Source: Macrostomum lignano
Taxonomy: Eukaryota
DNA length: 64,000 bases
Direction: 5' to 3'
NCBI GenBank assembly: GCA_002269645.1
Contig: NIVC01000461.1
Location: 186,001 to 250,000, forward strand
In this document: positions 51,747-64,000 of the stretch, piece by piece
How positions within the stretch are numbered: the stretch's first letter is position 1
How the letters are laid out: every line of letters begins with the position of its first letter
Program-made: the position numbers and the translations under genes
The notes under the pieces: model-generated
Database searches by the model: none
Told to the model about the DNA's origin: nothing
The model's input: the letters and a program-made list of their open reading frames with translations, nothing else

Positions 51747-54700
51747 ATTGGGGATCAAGACAATAGAGCTAGCCATAGAGATAATTGCTTTAATGGATTT
51801 ATAGACATTTTTTGCTAGCTACGTCTATCTAGATAAAAATTTATACAATAAGTTATTGTATCTAATGTAATGGAGCACTCAGTGCAGTTCAAATAATAAA
51901 ATAAAATAATTGTAACTTAATTTAATTATTAAATTTAGTATTAATTATTCCAGGTTATTTATTTGATTGTAGTACTTGACAAATAATATAACTTATATTA
52001 AAGTTACTAGGGCACAGTCTTGGTAGTAGTTGAGTTACTAATTCCAGTATATTAAATATAATCTAATGTTTAATTCAGTTTGGGTTGGCTCTATAGCCTA
52101 TGGCTATAGGGGAAATAGCCTTGTCTAGTTACTGGTATCACTGGAACACAGCAATGAGGCACAATGAGCGCAAAGAGAGAGAGGAAGAGCCTACACCAAA
52201 AACATGAAACTCCCGCACTCAAAACTGCATCAAAATCTGACCTACTAAAACCTCTAAACCTACTGCAAAAAAGTGGTAACCAAAATAATAGAACAGTAAA
52301 TAAAATATTAGACAGAATTTTTCCTAGAACTAAACGTAAAAAGGCTTTTTTTCTAACCCTATATTAATTATAAAAAATCAATTTAAGTACACTAAAAAAC
52401 AGATAAACTAAAAATATTATAGCATAACAACATTGTCACACTAATACTCCTGGGATTAGTTAAATAAGTTCTTTTTTTCTTTTCTTGGTTGGATCTAAAA
52501 TCTGACCCAATTTGACCATTGCTTAGCAAGAAAATTTCATTGTAGTTTTTTTAATATTTAGGGCCAACCAGCTATAGTTGGCCCAAATAATATTTATTGT
52601 ATAAAAAGTTTTCTATATTTATAAAAATAACCAATAGGCCATATAGAAAGTTTAGTACCTAATAAAAAACTTTATCACAAACTTCTTATAATGTTTTTAA
52701 ATTAGGGCCAATTAAAATTTGTTAAATTAAACATTTTACTTTTTAGTTGTTGGCAATGTATATTATCTTACAATGATGAATTATATGATCAACTCCTGTA
52801 TTGACCACCACCCACAGTAAATGCATTATAGCAGTAAAAACATACTATAAATGAAGCAGTATAGTAGTAGGGCTGTCTAAATTTCGAAAGAGAATAAAAA
52901 CTCAATAAAAATATTAATAATACTAACAACAACGAAAAATCAATCACATAAATACATAAAGCATTTCATCTCAACTCAATCTCGACGTTTATGATATGTC
53001 AAATTTGATGTAATGTAAAATTGTAAATTTTAGCGTTTGGTATTTATTTACTATTACATTACATATTAAATTTTACTTTTTTCGTCAAAGTTAAACTTAC
53101 GCGCGATATTTATTTACAAAATCTTAATATAGCTTAACAAAGTGTTTCGTAAAATTTATGCTATTATTAAGTAAAAAACATTAAGTATATTTTAGTAAAG
53201 TATTTCTGTTAACAAAGCAGTTGTAAGTATATTATTTAGTCTAGAAACAATGTTTAGTCTTGTTACTTATGAGTTCTTTAATTTAATCTGGGCTGTAATC
53301 ATTTTTTATCTTATGTAACGTTTTCTTAGTGTTAGTTCTCTTTTGTTTGTAGACATTTTAGTTCAGTGAAGTTAGTGCCTAGCAAAGCAGTTAAATATTC
53401 GAAACGATTCATAATTTTGTACTGAAGTTCAATGAGTGCAACCTGAGCTACTAAATGCTGATATTCAATTTCTGAATGAAGTCAAACGATAGACTTATTT
53501 ATAAGACATTAGTGTATCTTCAGTATTTCACAGTCAAATAAATCACTTTGAGTATGTATCAATAATATTCAGATCATTTTAGTATCAAAAGCTAATAATG
53601 ATGATAGTGATAATGATAAACCTTGCCCATGGGATTTTAGTCATTTCTTTGTTATTGAAAATAAGTGGAATAGCTTTTTATAAGTGAAATAGTGAATGGT
53701 TATGTCAGCTGAAACTTTTTCTGTGTAATTACTATATAATCTTTAAGAAAAGGTTTTATTGTTGTATGCAAGAATGTAGTATTTACTTGTCTCTGGTTGT
53801 TTTTAGTTGATTTTTAATTGTTTTTTTATTGTTCCATTTAGCATAAGAATATTTACAAGCTACAGTGGCATACCCAGAATTTCTTGGTGAGGTGGCGGTT
53901 TGTTGTTGAGAGAAATATTGCACTGGCAAGGGCGGGCAGGCCCCTGAATTTTCGTGCCCAAGCCTCTCAAAAATATTCAATGCCCCTTGGATATATGCCT
54001 AGAATGTTTGAATTATTGAATAACTAAACATATAATCAACTAATTGTTTTAGTATCTATATTTTCGTCATTCATAAGGACAGAAACGACCAGTCAATTTA
54101 TTAATGCATTGAAATTTTTGAAGTATTTTTTAATAAGCTGCTTATTTGAATATTGAAATACAGATGGTTATATTTTTCTCCATTTTTTGCCATTTTTCTT
54201 CTATACAAATCTGATATGATATGCAAATTATGAATTAATGTCAATATGGTTACAGCTCTTTTGTTAAAATTTTATCATGGAATTTAGCTGTATTATATGA
54301 CAATATAAGTTGGTTGCCTTAAAAATATATTTATTTGAGTTGATTTAGAAATTAGAATTTGTGTAATGCAACCAAGTAATTTTTGTTAAAAATACCACTG
54401 CTGCAATAATTCGAACAGTTAGATAGTTTATTATTCGCGTGACTTAACATAACCTGATATGTTTTGTTTGTTTCAGTAAATTCCTCTAATAAGCAAAATA
54501 AAATTGCTATGCAACTGTATCAAATCAAAGCTGCCTAAAGATTTGCACAATTTTAATAGCTTGTAGTGCTAAGCATGATCATATTAAAGTATGTCTTTGT
54601 CTTCTCAATTGTACAGTCATCACTGTTGCCCAACTTCAAGGCTTGAGCATGCCTCAGTCTCAACTTGCACTTTTCCCATGTTCATATTTTTCATACCCCG

Positions 54701-55083
54701 AGTACAGTTTTGTCTCTTTCCCGGTTCCTAATTATCCACAATCCCCTGCTGCTCCGGAGACTGCAGCGCTGCTGAAGGGAACGGGGATTATAATTGTTCC
54801 ACTTTCGCTGCTCAGGCCTCCTTTTCTGTTCTCACTCCATTGTGCCAGTCACATAATTGTGCGCATAGCGGAGCGGGACAGAAGGGGGTAAGTGCAATCA
54901 GAGCCGACAAAAAAAGAGACCTCCCCTATTTGGGCTGTCTTCCTGCCTCAAACCAGTCGCTAAGTGGACCTTGTTAATTACGAACCACCCCACCCTCAAT
55001 CCTTTGTTTCATGCTCCGGCACTTCTGCTGCAGCCAACCGGAGTTCTCCCTCTACTACAGCGCCCTCCAACCCACCGGTTGTC

Positions 55084-58000
55084 ATGGAAACTGCAGTCCG
55101 AGCCCTGCCAATCGATGAAAAGGCGGCCATTTTTCCGGCGCCTCGCCGTAGACGGAACCGTCGATTGTCGGCGTCCAAATCAGCTGGCGCGTCGAGCTTT
55201 GATGACTGCGCCGACGACGAGGAGCTCCAGCTTGAAGACCGCCGACAATCGAAAGAGGAACGCGAAGCCGTTCTGATTGAACTGCCGTCGACGCCGCGCG
55301 GTGTAGCCAGACGGCACCAGCCGCGTCAGGACGCCGCCACGACCACCGACTCGCCGCGACTGCTGGCGGTTGTCGCTCCAACATTTGCGTCGTCAGCTTC
55401 ATCAGCCTCAGGGGGTCCGCCGGCTTCGCTGCCCGGCGTCGCGGACCAGCCGCATCAGCCGCCACCGCCGTCGCCAAGTCCGCGCCCGGTCTCGGCAGCG
55501 GCCGTCCGAGTCGATCTGGACGACTTGCGCGCGGCGATGCGCGAAGCATCCGGGAAGTTCGGCCGCCTGCCAGCCCACGGAGTCATCATCCACTGCGGCG
55601 GGGTGCGCACCGCCTGCCTGGCGCACTCGGCCGTCCTGCCGAGACTGCAGACTCGGCTGCAGCGCCTACGCAGGCTGGAGAGCCGCCTGCTGCTGCTGGA
55701 GCTGCGACGCAAAATTGCGGCCAGAATGCGCGACCTGACGCTGCTGGCTGAGCAGATCGATCGCGTCCGTCGCCAAGAGGAGCGGCTGCTCCGGCGACGC
55801 CGCTCAGTCGGCAGCGGCGGCAGGCGGATCAGCTCCAGCATCGAGTGCGTCTACGGGCTGTGCGAGCGGCTGCGGGCGAGCCTGAGCCAGCTGCAGCAGG
55901 TGAGAGCTTCTCGTGCATCCAACAGTTTTGCCAGCCAGATTAGTTCTTGTAAAAAAAACAAGTTTCTAAAAATGCGTCAATGCGATTCAACTGACTCTTG
56001 AGAGCCTAGCAACTTTTTATTTCGGATCGCGTAAATCTGCTCTATGAAGAATTTTAGATAGTTCACTCTGCATCCATAAAAATTGCTCGTGTAGGCAATT
56101 TTTGTACTTGGCTTCGTGCCAAGATTTTATCTCATCTACGTTGCCTTAGTTGCTGTACGGGATGGCTATTTTTACAATCGGAAGAGTCCATAATGAAATC
56201 TTACGCTTCAGCTGGACTGCATTGAGCTGAATGTCATTCAAAGAAGAGGATTGCTGGCACAGATGCCTCACTCTGCTCTTTGCCTGTCACTAAATGCGTA
56301 AGATTTTATAATAGAGGAACAGTTTCTCTACTTTCAGTAGTAAGTATAAAATGCGTAAGCTATTTTATACAAAGCAAGACAGTTGAAAAAACGTAAACAA
56401 CTTGCTAAAAGTGCATCCGTGATGCAAAATTAGCCAATTATAGGCTAAAAAAATTTCGAGGGAGTCCACGAAAATTTCGGGTGAAATGACGCGGACAGGT
56501 TCAGCTGGGGGTAGTCTTGCCCACCTCACGCTAACCCTAAAATAATATAGATTAGTATTTTCAGGAGGTCTGCCGGCACCCTTCGGCGACATCGTTCCAT
56601 AACCAGCGCTGACAGAAATTCTGCTCATTCCGCTGACTCTGGAGCACTCACCCACACGCTCACACAGCGGCCCTGACTTTCTAATCATCAGGCATTTACA
56701 CTGTCTGAGATTTGGAGGTTGGCCCTGTAAAGTCTAAATTGCAGTGAAATACTTCGATTTAACAGGGGGGTTGTAGCCTAGTGGTCAGAGCGTCGGACTC
56801 ACGACTTGATGTTCCGTGGTTCGATTCCCGATCCCACTGGAGCAATTTGTGTCCTTGAGCAAGACACTTAACTCTGCATTGCTTCAGCTCACCCAGCTGT
56901 AAAATGGGTGCCAGCATTAGCTGGGGTAATTAAGGGTGCGTGTGGCGACCCCCCAGTCCTTGGACTGAACAGCCGTATGCAGCCTTCAGATGCGCCGCGC
57001 AATAGCTGCGGCTGAGCTGTCGGTTGCACATCTGGCCCAATTAGGGCAGGTGTAATTAGTTATGATTATTAATATAGCATTTTCCAAGCCAATTGAGCCT
57101 AGGAGCAAGCAATTTAATCCTAAGTAGGAAAATCAAGCTATTGAAGACTTGTTTTTCATTGTCTATGGCCCAAAAGGGGGTCTGTGGAGCAACCAATTTG
57201 AGAATCTTGGCGCGCAATTAATCCTTTTCACAGTGCTCGTATATCCTTCACGAATAACTTCACTGAAATAAAGTCTGCAAGTAGATGGCATATCAAAAAA
57301 CGATTGACATTAACATTTTAATTTCTGAGAAACTAATCAAAACAGGCAAATGCAAAACCATAGCATACAGTATAAGCTTGCTAGGATAGGATTAAATTGC
57401 TTGCTCCTAGGCTCAATTGGCTTGAAAAAAGCTATATTTAACAAGCTTTCTACTAAACGCGATTGCAGGTGCGCCTGTTCACCCAGCAAAGCTGCGTGCT
57501 GCAGGCCAGCCTGTCGGAGGCGCGGCCCCTGCTGACCGCCTATCAGGCAGCCGCCGGGCTTGAGCTGTCCCGCGCCTTGGCCAGCACCCGCGATCTGGTC
57601 CGCGCCGGCCTTCGCGCCCTCGCTAGCGCCGATTTGAGCCGCTACTCACCGGATGACCTGTTTCAGATCTCGCGCGGCATCGAAGAGTTCAACAGTGTCC
57701 TCGAGCTGGCCAAGGCTCATCAGCGCTCCCTGAGGGTGGCCTGCCGCTGTTCGGAGTTCGCCGAATACGCGGCGCCTCGCCTCGCCCTCGAGGACCTCCG
57801 GCCGATGTCGCTGACGAAAATCTTAGCCTGCCTGGCCGCCGAACGGTCCGCCGTGCCCACGGAGATGCTGCACGACTTCTACTGCGCCAACCGAGACCTG
57901 CTTCGCTTCCTGCGCAGTCAGACCGCCGACGGCTGCAGCGCAATCCTCTACGGCATCGACTGCGGCGGCGGCGGCGAGCGCGGCCGGAGAAATAATTTCG

Positions 58001-60683
58001 ATGACAACCAGCAGGACGATGACGACGACGACTACGATGATGGCGAGTTCACCGACGAGGCGCACGGGGCGGCGAAGAAGCAGCCGGGCGGCGGCGTCGG
58101 CGGCGGCAACAAGCGGTCTCCCGGTCGACACCGCACCTCCGACTACTACAGCGACGAGGTGTCCAGCCTGCACCATCAGTCGGAGCGGGCCGAGCGCGCC
58201 CTGAGCCGCTTCACCGACCGGCTGGTGCGGCAGGGCAGCCCGCTGGCCGAATTCGTGCAGCAGGAGACCGAGTTCGCGTCGGGCTTTCTTGACTGCCTCG
58301 CCCAGAGCACCAAGCTGCTGCCCCGGCCGCAACAGCAGCAGATTCTGCAACAACGCGCGGACGAGTCCCCGGTAACAGCAGCGGCCAGCGGCGGCAGTAA
58401 AAAAGGCGTGCACTGGTCTGACCACTCAGATGTGAGCCTTCGGCACCAGGTGGTGGCCAGGTACCTGGACCTGGTGTGGCGCGAGGCTGACGCCTGCTTT
58501 GCCTACCGGATCGCCAAGCCGATGTGGCCCATAGAAGCTTCGCCAAGCAAGCGGCTTGGCAGCTGCCGACTGATGGAGCCGGCCGCGATGCAGCTGCTGG
58601 GCTACACGGTGCAGTTCACCGCCACGGACGCCCTGTTCCCACCTCGGCCGGCCTCCCTGCTGCCCTTCCTGCACTCCGTGGCCCTCCGGCTGCACCTGCA
58701 GGCCTGCCATGCGATGTGGGAGGCCGGCTTCTCCCGCTTCCTCGGCCTGGCGCAGCGGCCGGACAGCGCGCAGCCAACCCTGCTGGCCAGCGGGCCGCGC
58801 TGCTCCCGCCTGGGCAAGGCCTTCCTGGACTGCCTGCGGCCCTGCCTAAAGGCCATCGGCCTCTGCATCGCTGAATTGGAGGCCTGGGTTCGCGGCCGGC
58901 GGGGCGTGCGGCAACATCAGCAGCAGCAGCAGCTGCAGCCGCAAGCGTCGGGCAGTCCGCCAGACGTTCAGCTGGAGCCGTACATGGCCTTCCTCAACCA
59001 CTGGCTGCTCACCGCCTCGCTCTCCTGCCGAGTCTTCTTACGCGCCGTCGGTTCCATCGCCGACACTGCCGCTGCCAACGACCAGCCCGGCGTCTGCGCC
59101 TTCCTGGCGCTCACCGACCTGCAGTTCGCCGAGGCGGAGCTCCGCTCGGTCGGGACGGCCTTCAAGAGGCTCCGCCGGCTGCCGGATCGGCACGTCCGCC
59201 TGCGCGCTCGCCTGGCTGCGTTCGGCGCCGAAGCGACTGGCGCCGTTGCCGAAAAACGCGCTAGCCTGCTGTCCAGCTTTGCCGAGCAGTGCCGCGCCAA
59301 GGCCCGGCGCCAGCTGGCCGAGGCCGGGCTGCCCCGCGGTCGCCACGACTGGAAGCTGGCGCCGGCCGACGTTGAGCAGCTTCGCCCGCGGCCGTACGCC
59401 CAGGCGCTGGTGGCCGCCTGCCTGGAGCCGGCCGTCAAAGCCGTCGCTCCGCTGAGCCGCCAGGCCCGCCTTGAAGGCCTCGGCCCGCCTCTGGCCGCCC
59501 TGGCCGAAGCCTGGAGCTCCGCCATCGTCGCGGGCCGGCCGCGGCTTCGCGTGAATTTCTACGGCGCCAAACAGATGGAGGCGGATGTTGAATACCTGCT
59601 GGACTACCTGGACAGCGCCTGCGGCGATCGCGACCTCACCGACAGCCTGATGGCCCTGCAGCCGGTGCGCTGCCTTCGAGCTGGAGTCCGCCTGCTGAAG
59701 CGTCAGCCAGCGCCGGCTGGCGCCGCGGCCGTTCGCCCGTCAGCTCGCCGGCTGGTCACCTGCGGCGGCAGCTCGGATGCGGGAGTTGAATCGAACTCAG
59801 CCCGGTCCATCGGGGGGCCGGAGGCTAAGGTGAGTCCCCAGTCCTCAATCCAAATCTCCAAGTCCCAGTCCCAGTCCCCAGTCCCAGTCTCAGTCCCAGT
59901 CCCAGTCCGAGTCCCCAGTCCCAGTCCCCAGTTCCAGTCCCCAGTCATCAGTCCCAGTCCCAGTCCCAGTCCCAGTCCCCAGTCCCAGTCCCAGTCTCCA
60001 GTCTCAGTCCCAGTCCCAGTCTCCAGTCTCAGTCCCAGTCCCAGTCCCAGTCCCAGTCCCCAGTCCCCAGTCCCAGTCCCTAGTCCCCAGTCCCCAGTCA
60101 TCAGTCCCAGTCCCAGTCCCAGTCCCAGTCCCCAGTCCCAGTCCCAGTCCCAGTCCCCAGTCCCAGTCCCAGTCCCAGTCCCAGTCTCCAGTCTCAGTCC
60201 CAGTCACAGTCCCAGTCCCAGTCCCAGTCCCCAGTCCCCAGTCCCAGTCCCTAGTCCCCAGTCCCCAGTCCCCAGTCCCAGTCCCCAGAATTTTCGTCAG
60301 CGCTGGTTGTGGAACGATGTATTTCAAAGAGTTTTACCATAGACAAAACTCAGACAAGAACTATCCTAAACATGGGAAAAATCCATTAAAGAGATAGGAA
60401 CATCGGGAACCGTTGCTTGCTTGTCGGTCTCTGATGGCATTTTGGTGCACAGCCAACAGTATGAACTACATGTAGACAAGCTTGTGAACCACAGAAATGC
60501 TGCAAATTCAGACTGTGAGATCTGGCCAATAAATTATTTAGTTAGCAGACACCTACAACGAATTTGAATTCACGCGCCTCCGGTTTCCAGGGTGACAGAG
60601 ACGCGGACTGCCTGATCAACAAGCAGCAGTGGCTGGCTCTGCGCACAGAGGGCCAGCGCAAGTTTATTGCAATCTGCGGCTGA
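55084..60683 (+). CDS. CCDC142: CCDC142-like coiled-coil protein, 3 coding exons, ~1089 aa
   Basis: Exons 55084-55899, 57469-59829 and 60591-60683 are all phase 0 with GT-AG boundaries. The C-terminal LEPAV...AEAWSSAI...[11 protein letters not shown]...LLKRQP and last-exon NKQQWLALR resemble the CCDC142 C-terminus (LEPV..AW..HI..F...GA.QL..DF..LL.QP; NQQAWLALR). The start codon is uncertain because the frame is open upstream to 54964. Confidence 0.72.
56765..57072 (+). mobile_element. tRNA-derived SINE with MIR/CORE-like central domain (in CCDC142 intron 1)
   Basis: It has a Pol III A-box (TAGCCTAGTGG, 56774-56784) and B-box (GGTTCGATTCC, 56818-56828). The central GTGTCCTTGAGCAAGACACTTAAC...CAGCTGTAAAATGGG (~56846-56908) resembles the MIR CORE consensus, and there is an AT-rich (ATT)n-like tail. 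A second copy is at 48772-48952. Confidence 0.8.
57071..57438. mobile_element. MITE-like element with ~50-bp terminal inverted repeats
   Basis: 57071-57120 (AATATAGCATTTTCCAAGCCAATTGAGCCTAGGAGCAAGCAATTTAATCC) is a near-perfect inverted repeat of 57388-57438. The ends lie in TA-rich context, so the TSD is ambiguous. Confidence 0.72.
59855..60287. repeat. (CCCAGT)n-type repeat in CCDC142 intron 2
   Basis: Directly visible. It falsely extends the ORF as SPSPVP. Confidence 0.95.
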
Positions 60684-61361
60684 GATGCTCGTATTTCTAC
60701 TGTCAGTAGCCCAGATGGCTTGTTTCAGATTATTACATTTTTAATTTTAACTGTCAAGATTATTTATCTATTATTCTATGAATATTCAACACTTGTATTC
60801 TTTGATCTTTTAATCACCTGATTTCAAGCATTAACAGATTATATTTATGTTATTGTTTAAACTGTACACGCTTCACATTCAGGTAGTACTTTGCAACAAG
60901 CTTGTCTCTGTGTTCGCTTTTATTAGTAAATTATTTATCTATTCAAAGTCTGCGTTTTCATGTTTATTGCTAGTTGTTAATTACACTTAATTGTGTTTTT
61001 ATTTTCGTTATCTAAATAACGAACTTTTCAATTGTGATTTTAAAATAATTGTGCTTATTCAATTTTTCATTGAGGCTGACTTAAGAAATATTTATGAGAT
61101 AAACTTTGATTGTATTTGAATCAGGCTTCAAATTTATGACCATATTTATGCAAAAGCTATACTGTTTTCACTCAATATTTATCAGACAGGCTGTGATTAA
61201 AAATATATTTCGATTCTTGTCGAATTTTCAAAATAAGAAAACTTTACACAGATAACACAGATGCACACACGCTAAACCAAAGTGACAGCCTCGCTTTATC
61301 AGGCATTTTATGAATTCATTTTAACTAAAACCATTAGAGCGTTAAGTTCTAAAATACCGCA

Positions 61362-61398
61362 GTTGCTACGGGAACGAAAATGCTGTTGCTATGGCAAC
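61362..61398. promoter_or_regulatory. Tandem pair of RFX X-box-like motifs
   Basis: GTTGCTACGGGAAC (61362-61375) and GTTGCTATGGCAAC (61385-61398) fit the X-box consensus GTHNYY-NN-RRNAAC. This is a motif match only. Confidence 0.45.
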
Positions 61399-61479
61399 AT
61401 TATATAAAGTAGCTGTGAAAACCTACATGCAGTTTTTATGTTAACATACAGAATTGCTATAGCAACGTAGACACCTGTG

Positions 61480-63880
61480 ATTGCTATGTTAAACAGCATA
61501 CAGTTGCTATAGCAACCTGCATGCCTACAGTTGCTATGACAATCAAGATACAGTTGCTATAGCAACCTGCATGCCTACAGTTGCTATGACAATCAACATA
61601 CAGTTGCTATAGCAACCTACATACCTACAGTTGTTATGACAATCACATACAGTTGCTATTAGCAACCTGCATGCCTACAGTTGCTATGACAATCAAGATA
61701 CAGTTGCTATAGCAACCTGCATTCCTACAGTTGCTATGACAATCAGGATACAGTTGCTATACAGTTGCTATGACAATCAAGATACAGTTGCTATAGCAAC
61801 CTACATACCTACAGTTGCTATGACAATCAAGATACAGTTGCTATAGCAACCTGCATTCCTACAGTTGCTATGACAATCAAGATACAGTTGCTATTAGCAA
61901 CCTACGTACCTGCAGTTGCTATAGCAACCTACATGCCTACAGTTGCTATGACAACCTACATTTTCTCTAGAAACATTGATGCCAGGCTGGGTTGCAACGT
62001 CGAGGGTTTTTTCTGTTGCTATGACAATCAGATACAGTTGCTATTAGCAACTTGCATGCCTACAGTTGCTATGACAACCTACATTTTCTCTAGACACATT
62101 GATGCCAGGCTGGGTTGCAACGTCGCGGGCTTTTTCTGTTGCTATGACAATCAGATACAGTTGCTATAGCAACCTGCATGCCTACAGTTGCTATGACAAC
62201 CTACATTTTCTCTAGAAACATTGATGCCAGGCTGGGTTGCAACGTCGAGGGTTTTTTCTGTTGCTATGACAATCAGATACAGTTGCTATTAGCAACCTGC
62301 ATGCCTACAGTTGCTATGACAACCTACATTTTCTCTAGACACATTGATGCCAGGCTGGTTTGCAACGTCGAGGGTTTTTTCTGTTGCTATGACAATCAGA
62401 TACAGTTGCTATTAGCAACCTGCATGCCTACAGTATCTGATGACAATCAGATACAATTGCTATTAGCAACCTGCATGCCTACAGTTGCTATGACAATCAC
62501 ATACAATTGCTATTAGCAACCTGCATACCTACAGTTGCTATGACAATCAAGATACAGTTGCTATAGCAACCTGCATTCCTACAGTTGCTATGTCAATCAA
62601 GATACAGTTGCTATTAGCAACCTACATACCTACAGTTGCTATGACAATCAAGATACAGTTGCTATAGCAACCTACATACCTACAGTTGCTATGACAATCA
62701 AGATACAGTTGCTATTAGCAACCTACATACCTACAGTTGCTATGACAATCAAGATACAGTTGCTATAGCAACCTACATACCTACAGTTGCTATGACAATC
62801 ACATACAGTTGCTATTAGCAACCTACATACCTACAGTTGCTATGACAATCAAGATACAGTTGCTATAGCAAACTACATACCTACAGTTGCTATGACAATC
62901 ACATACAGTTGCTATTAGCAACCTACATGCCTACAGTTGCTATGACAATCAAGATACAGTTGCTATAGCAACCTACATACCTACAGTTGCTATGACAATC
63001 AAGATACAGTTGCTATAGCAACCTACATACCTACAGTTGCTATGACAATCAAGATACAGTTGCTATAGCAACCTACATACCTACAGTTGCTATGACAATC
63101 ACATACAGTTGCTATTAGCAACCTACATGCCTACAGTTGCTATGACAATCAAGATACAGTTGCTATTAGCAACCTACGTACCTGCAGTTGCTATAGCAAC
63201 CTACATGCCTACAGTTGCTATGACAACCTACATTTTCTCTAGACACATTGATGCCAGGCTGGGTTGCAACGTCGCGGGTTTTTTCTGTTGCTATGACAAT
63301 CAGATACAGTTGCTATAGCAACCTACATGCCTACAGTTGCTATGACAACCTACATTTTCTCTAGACACATTGATGCCAGGCTGGGTTGCAACGTCGAGGG
63401 TTTTTTCTGTTGCTATGACAATCAGATACAGTTGCTATAGCAACCTACATGCCTACAGTTGCTATGACAACCTACATTTTCTCTAGACACATTGATGCCA
63501 GGCTGGGTTGCAACGTCGAGGGTTTTTTCTGTTGCTATGACAATCAGATACAGTTGCTATTAGCAACCTGCATGCCTACAGTATCTGATGACAATCAGAT
63601 ACAGTTGCTATTAGCAACCTGCATGCCTACAGTTGCTATGACAATCAGATACAGTTGCTATTAGCAACCTGTATGCCTACAGTTGCTATGACAACCTACA
63701 TTTTCTCTAGACACATTGATGCCAGGCTGGGTTGCAACGTCGCGAGTTTTTTCTGTTGCTATGACAATCAGATACAGTTGCTATAGCAACCTACATGCCT
63801 ACAGTTGCTATGACAACCTACATTTTCTCTAGACACATTGATGCCAGGCTGGGTTGCAACGTCGAGGGTTTTTTCTGTTG
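61480..63880. repeat. Mosaic satellite of 50-51-bp and 122-123-bp units rich in GTTGCTATAGCAAC / GTTGCTATGACAA motifs
   Basis: The short unit is TACAGTTGCTATGACAATCAAGATACAGTTGCTATAGCAACCTACATACC. The long unit adds ATTTTCTCTAGACACATTGATGCCAGGCTGGGTTGCAACGTCGAGGG. Confidence 0.95.
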
Positions 63881-64000
63881 CACTTTCAAACAGCACGACA
63901 GGCAGGTCAGTCCTAAAACTGGAGCAGAAGCCCCTCAGGTCTTGAGTAGCTGTCAAAAAATATTTTCTGATTTTACAGGCTCACTGTCAGTTTTCTGGGC

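Noticed and set aside
56765-56835. Functional tRNA gene
   Set aside because: A and B boxes are present, but the anticodon and acceptor stems do not pair well and the sequence continues into a SINE body.
59830-60342. Ser/Pro-rich C-terminus of the 959-aa ORF
   Set aside because: A GTGAGT donor at 59830 and a conserved downstream exon (60591-60683) show this is intronic (CCCAGT)n.

Overview
This is eukaryotic (animal) genomic DNA. It has GC-rich coding exons with GT-AG introns, AT-rich intergenic tracts, and about 30 tandem-repeat arrays that nearly all have different units, covering roughly a third of the window by hand estimate. The B-type muscarinic receptor points to a non-vertebrate animal. 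The composition resembles a repeat-rich flatworm such as Macrostomum, which is inference only. Five genes can be assembled: a FAM81-family gene (+, 4 exons), a CCDC34-like gene (+, single exon), a B-type muscarinic acetylcholine receptor (-, with a one-base frameshift in the third intracellular loop), STARD3/MLN64 (-, 7 coding exons) and a CCDC142-like gene (+, 3 exons). Mobile DNA comprises a tRNA-headed CORE-type SINE with a second truncated copy, a 336-bp hAT-type MITE with a perfect 8-bp TSD, a ~370-bp TIR element, and two CpG-free AT-rich relics. The most unusual pattern is that many minisatellite units are built around intact transcription-factor motifs (RFX X-box, CCAAT with a GTCACGTGAC E-box, AP-1), and several arrays start right at splice sites. 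Whether this is functional is untested. Most long entries in the supplied ORF track are repeat artefacts. No CRISPR array, rRNA or intact tRNA was found.
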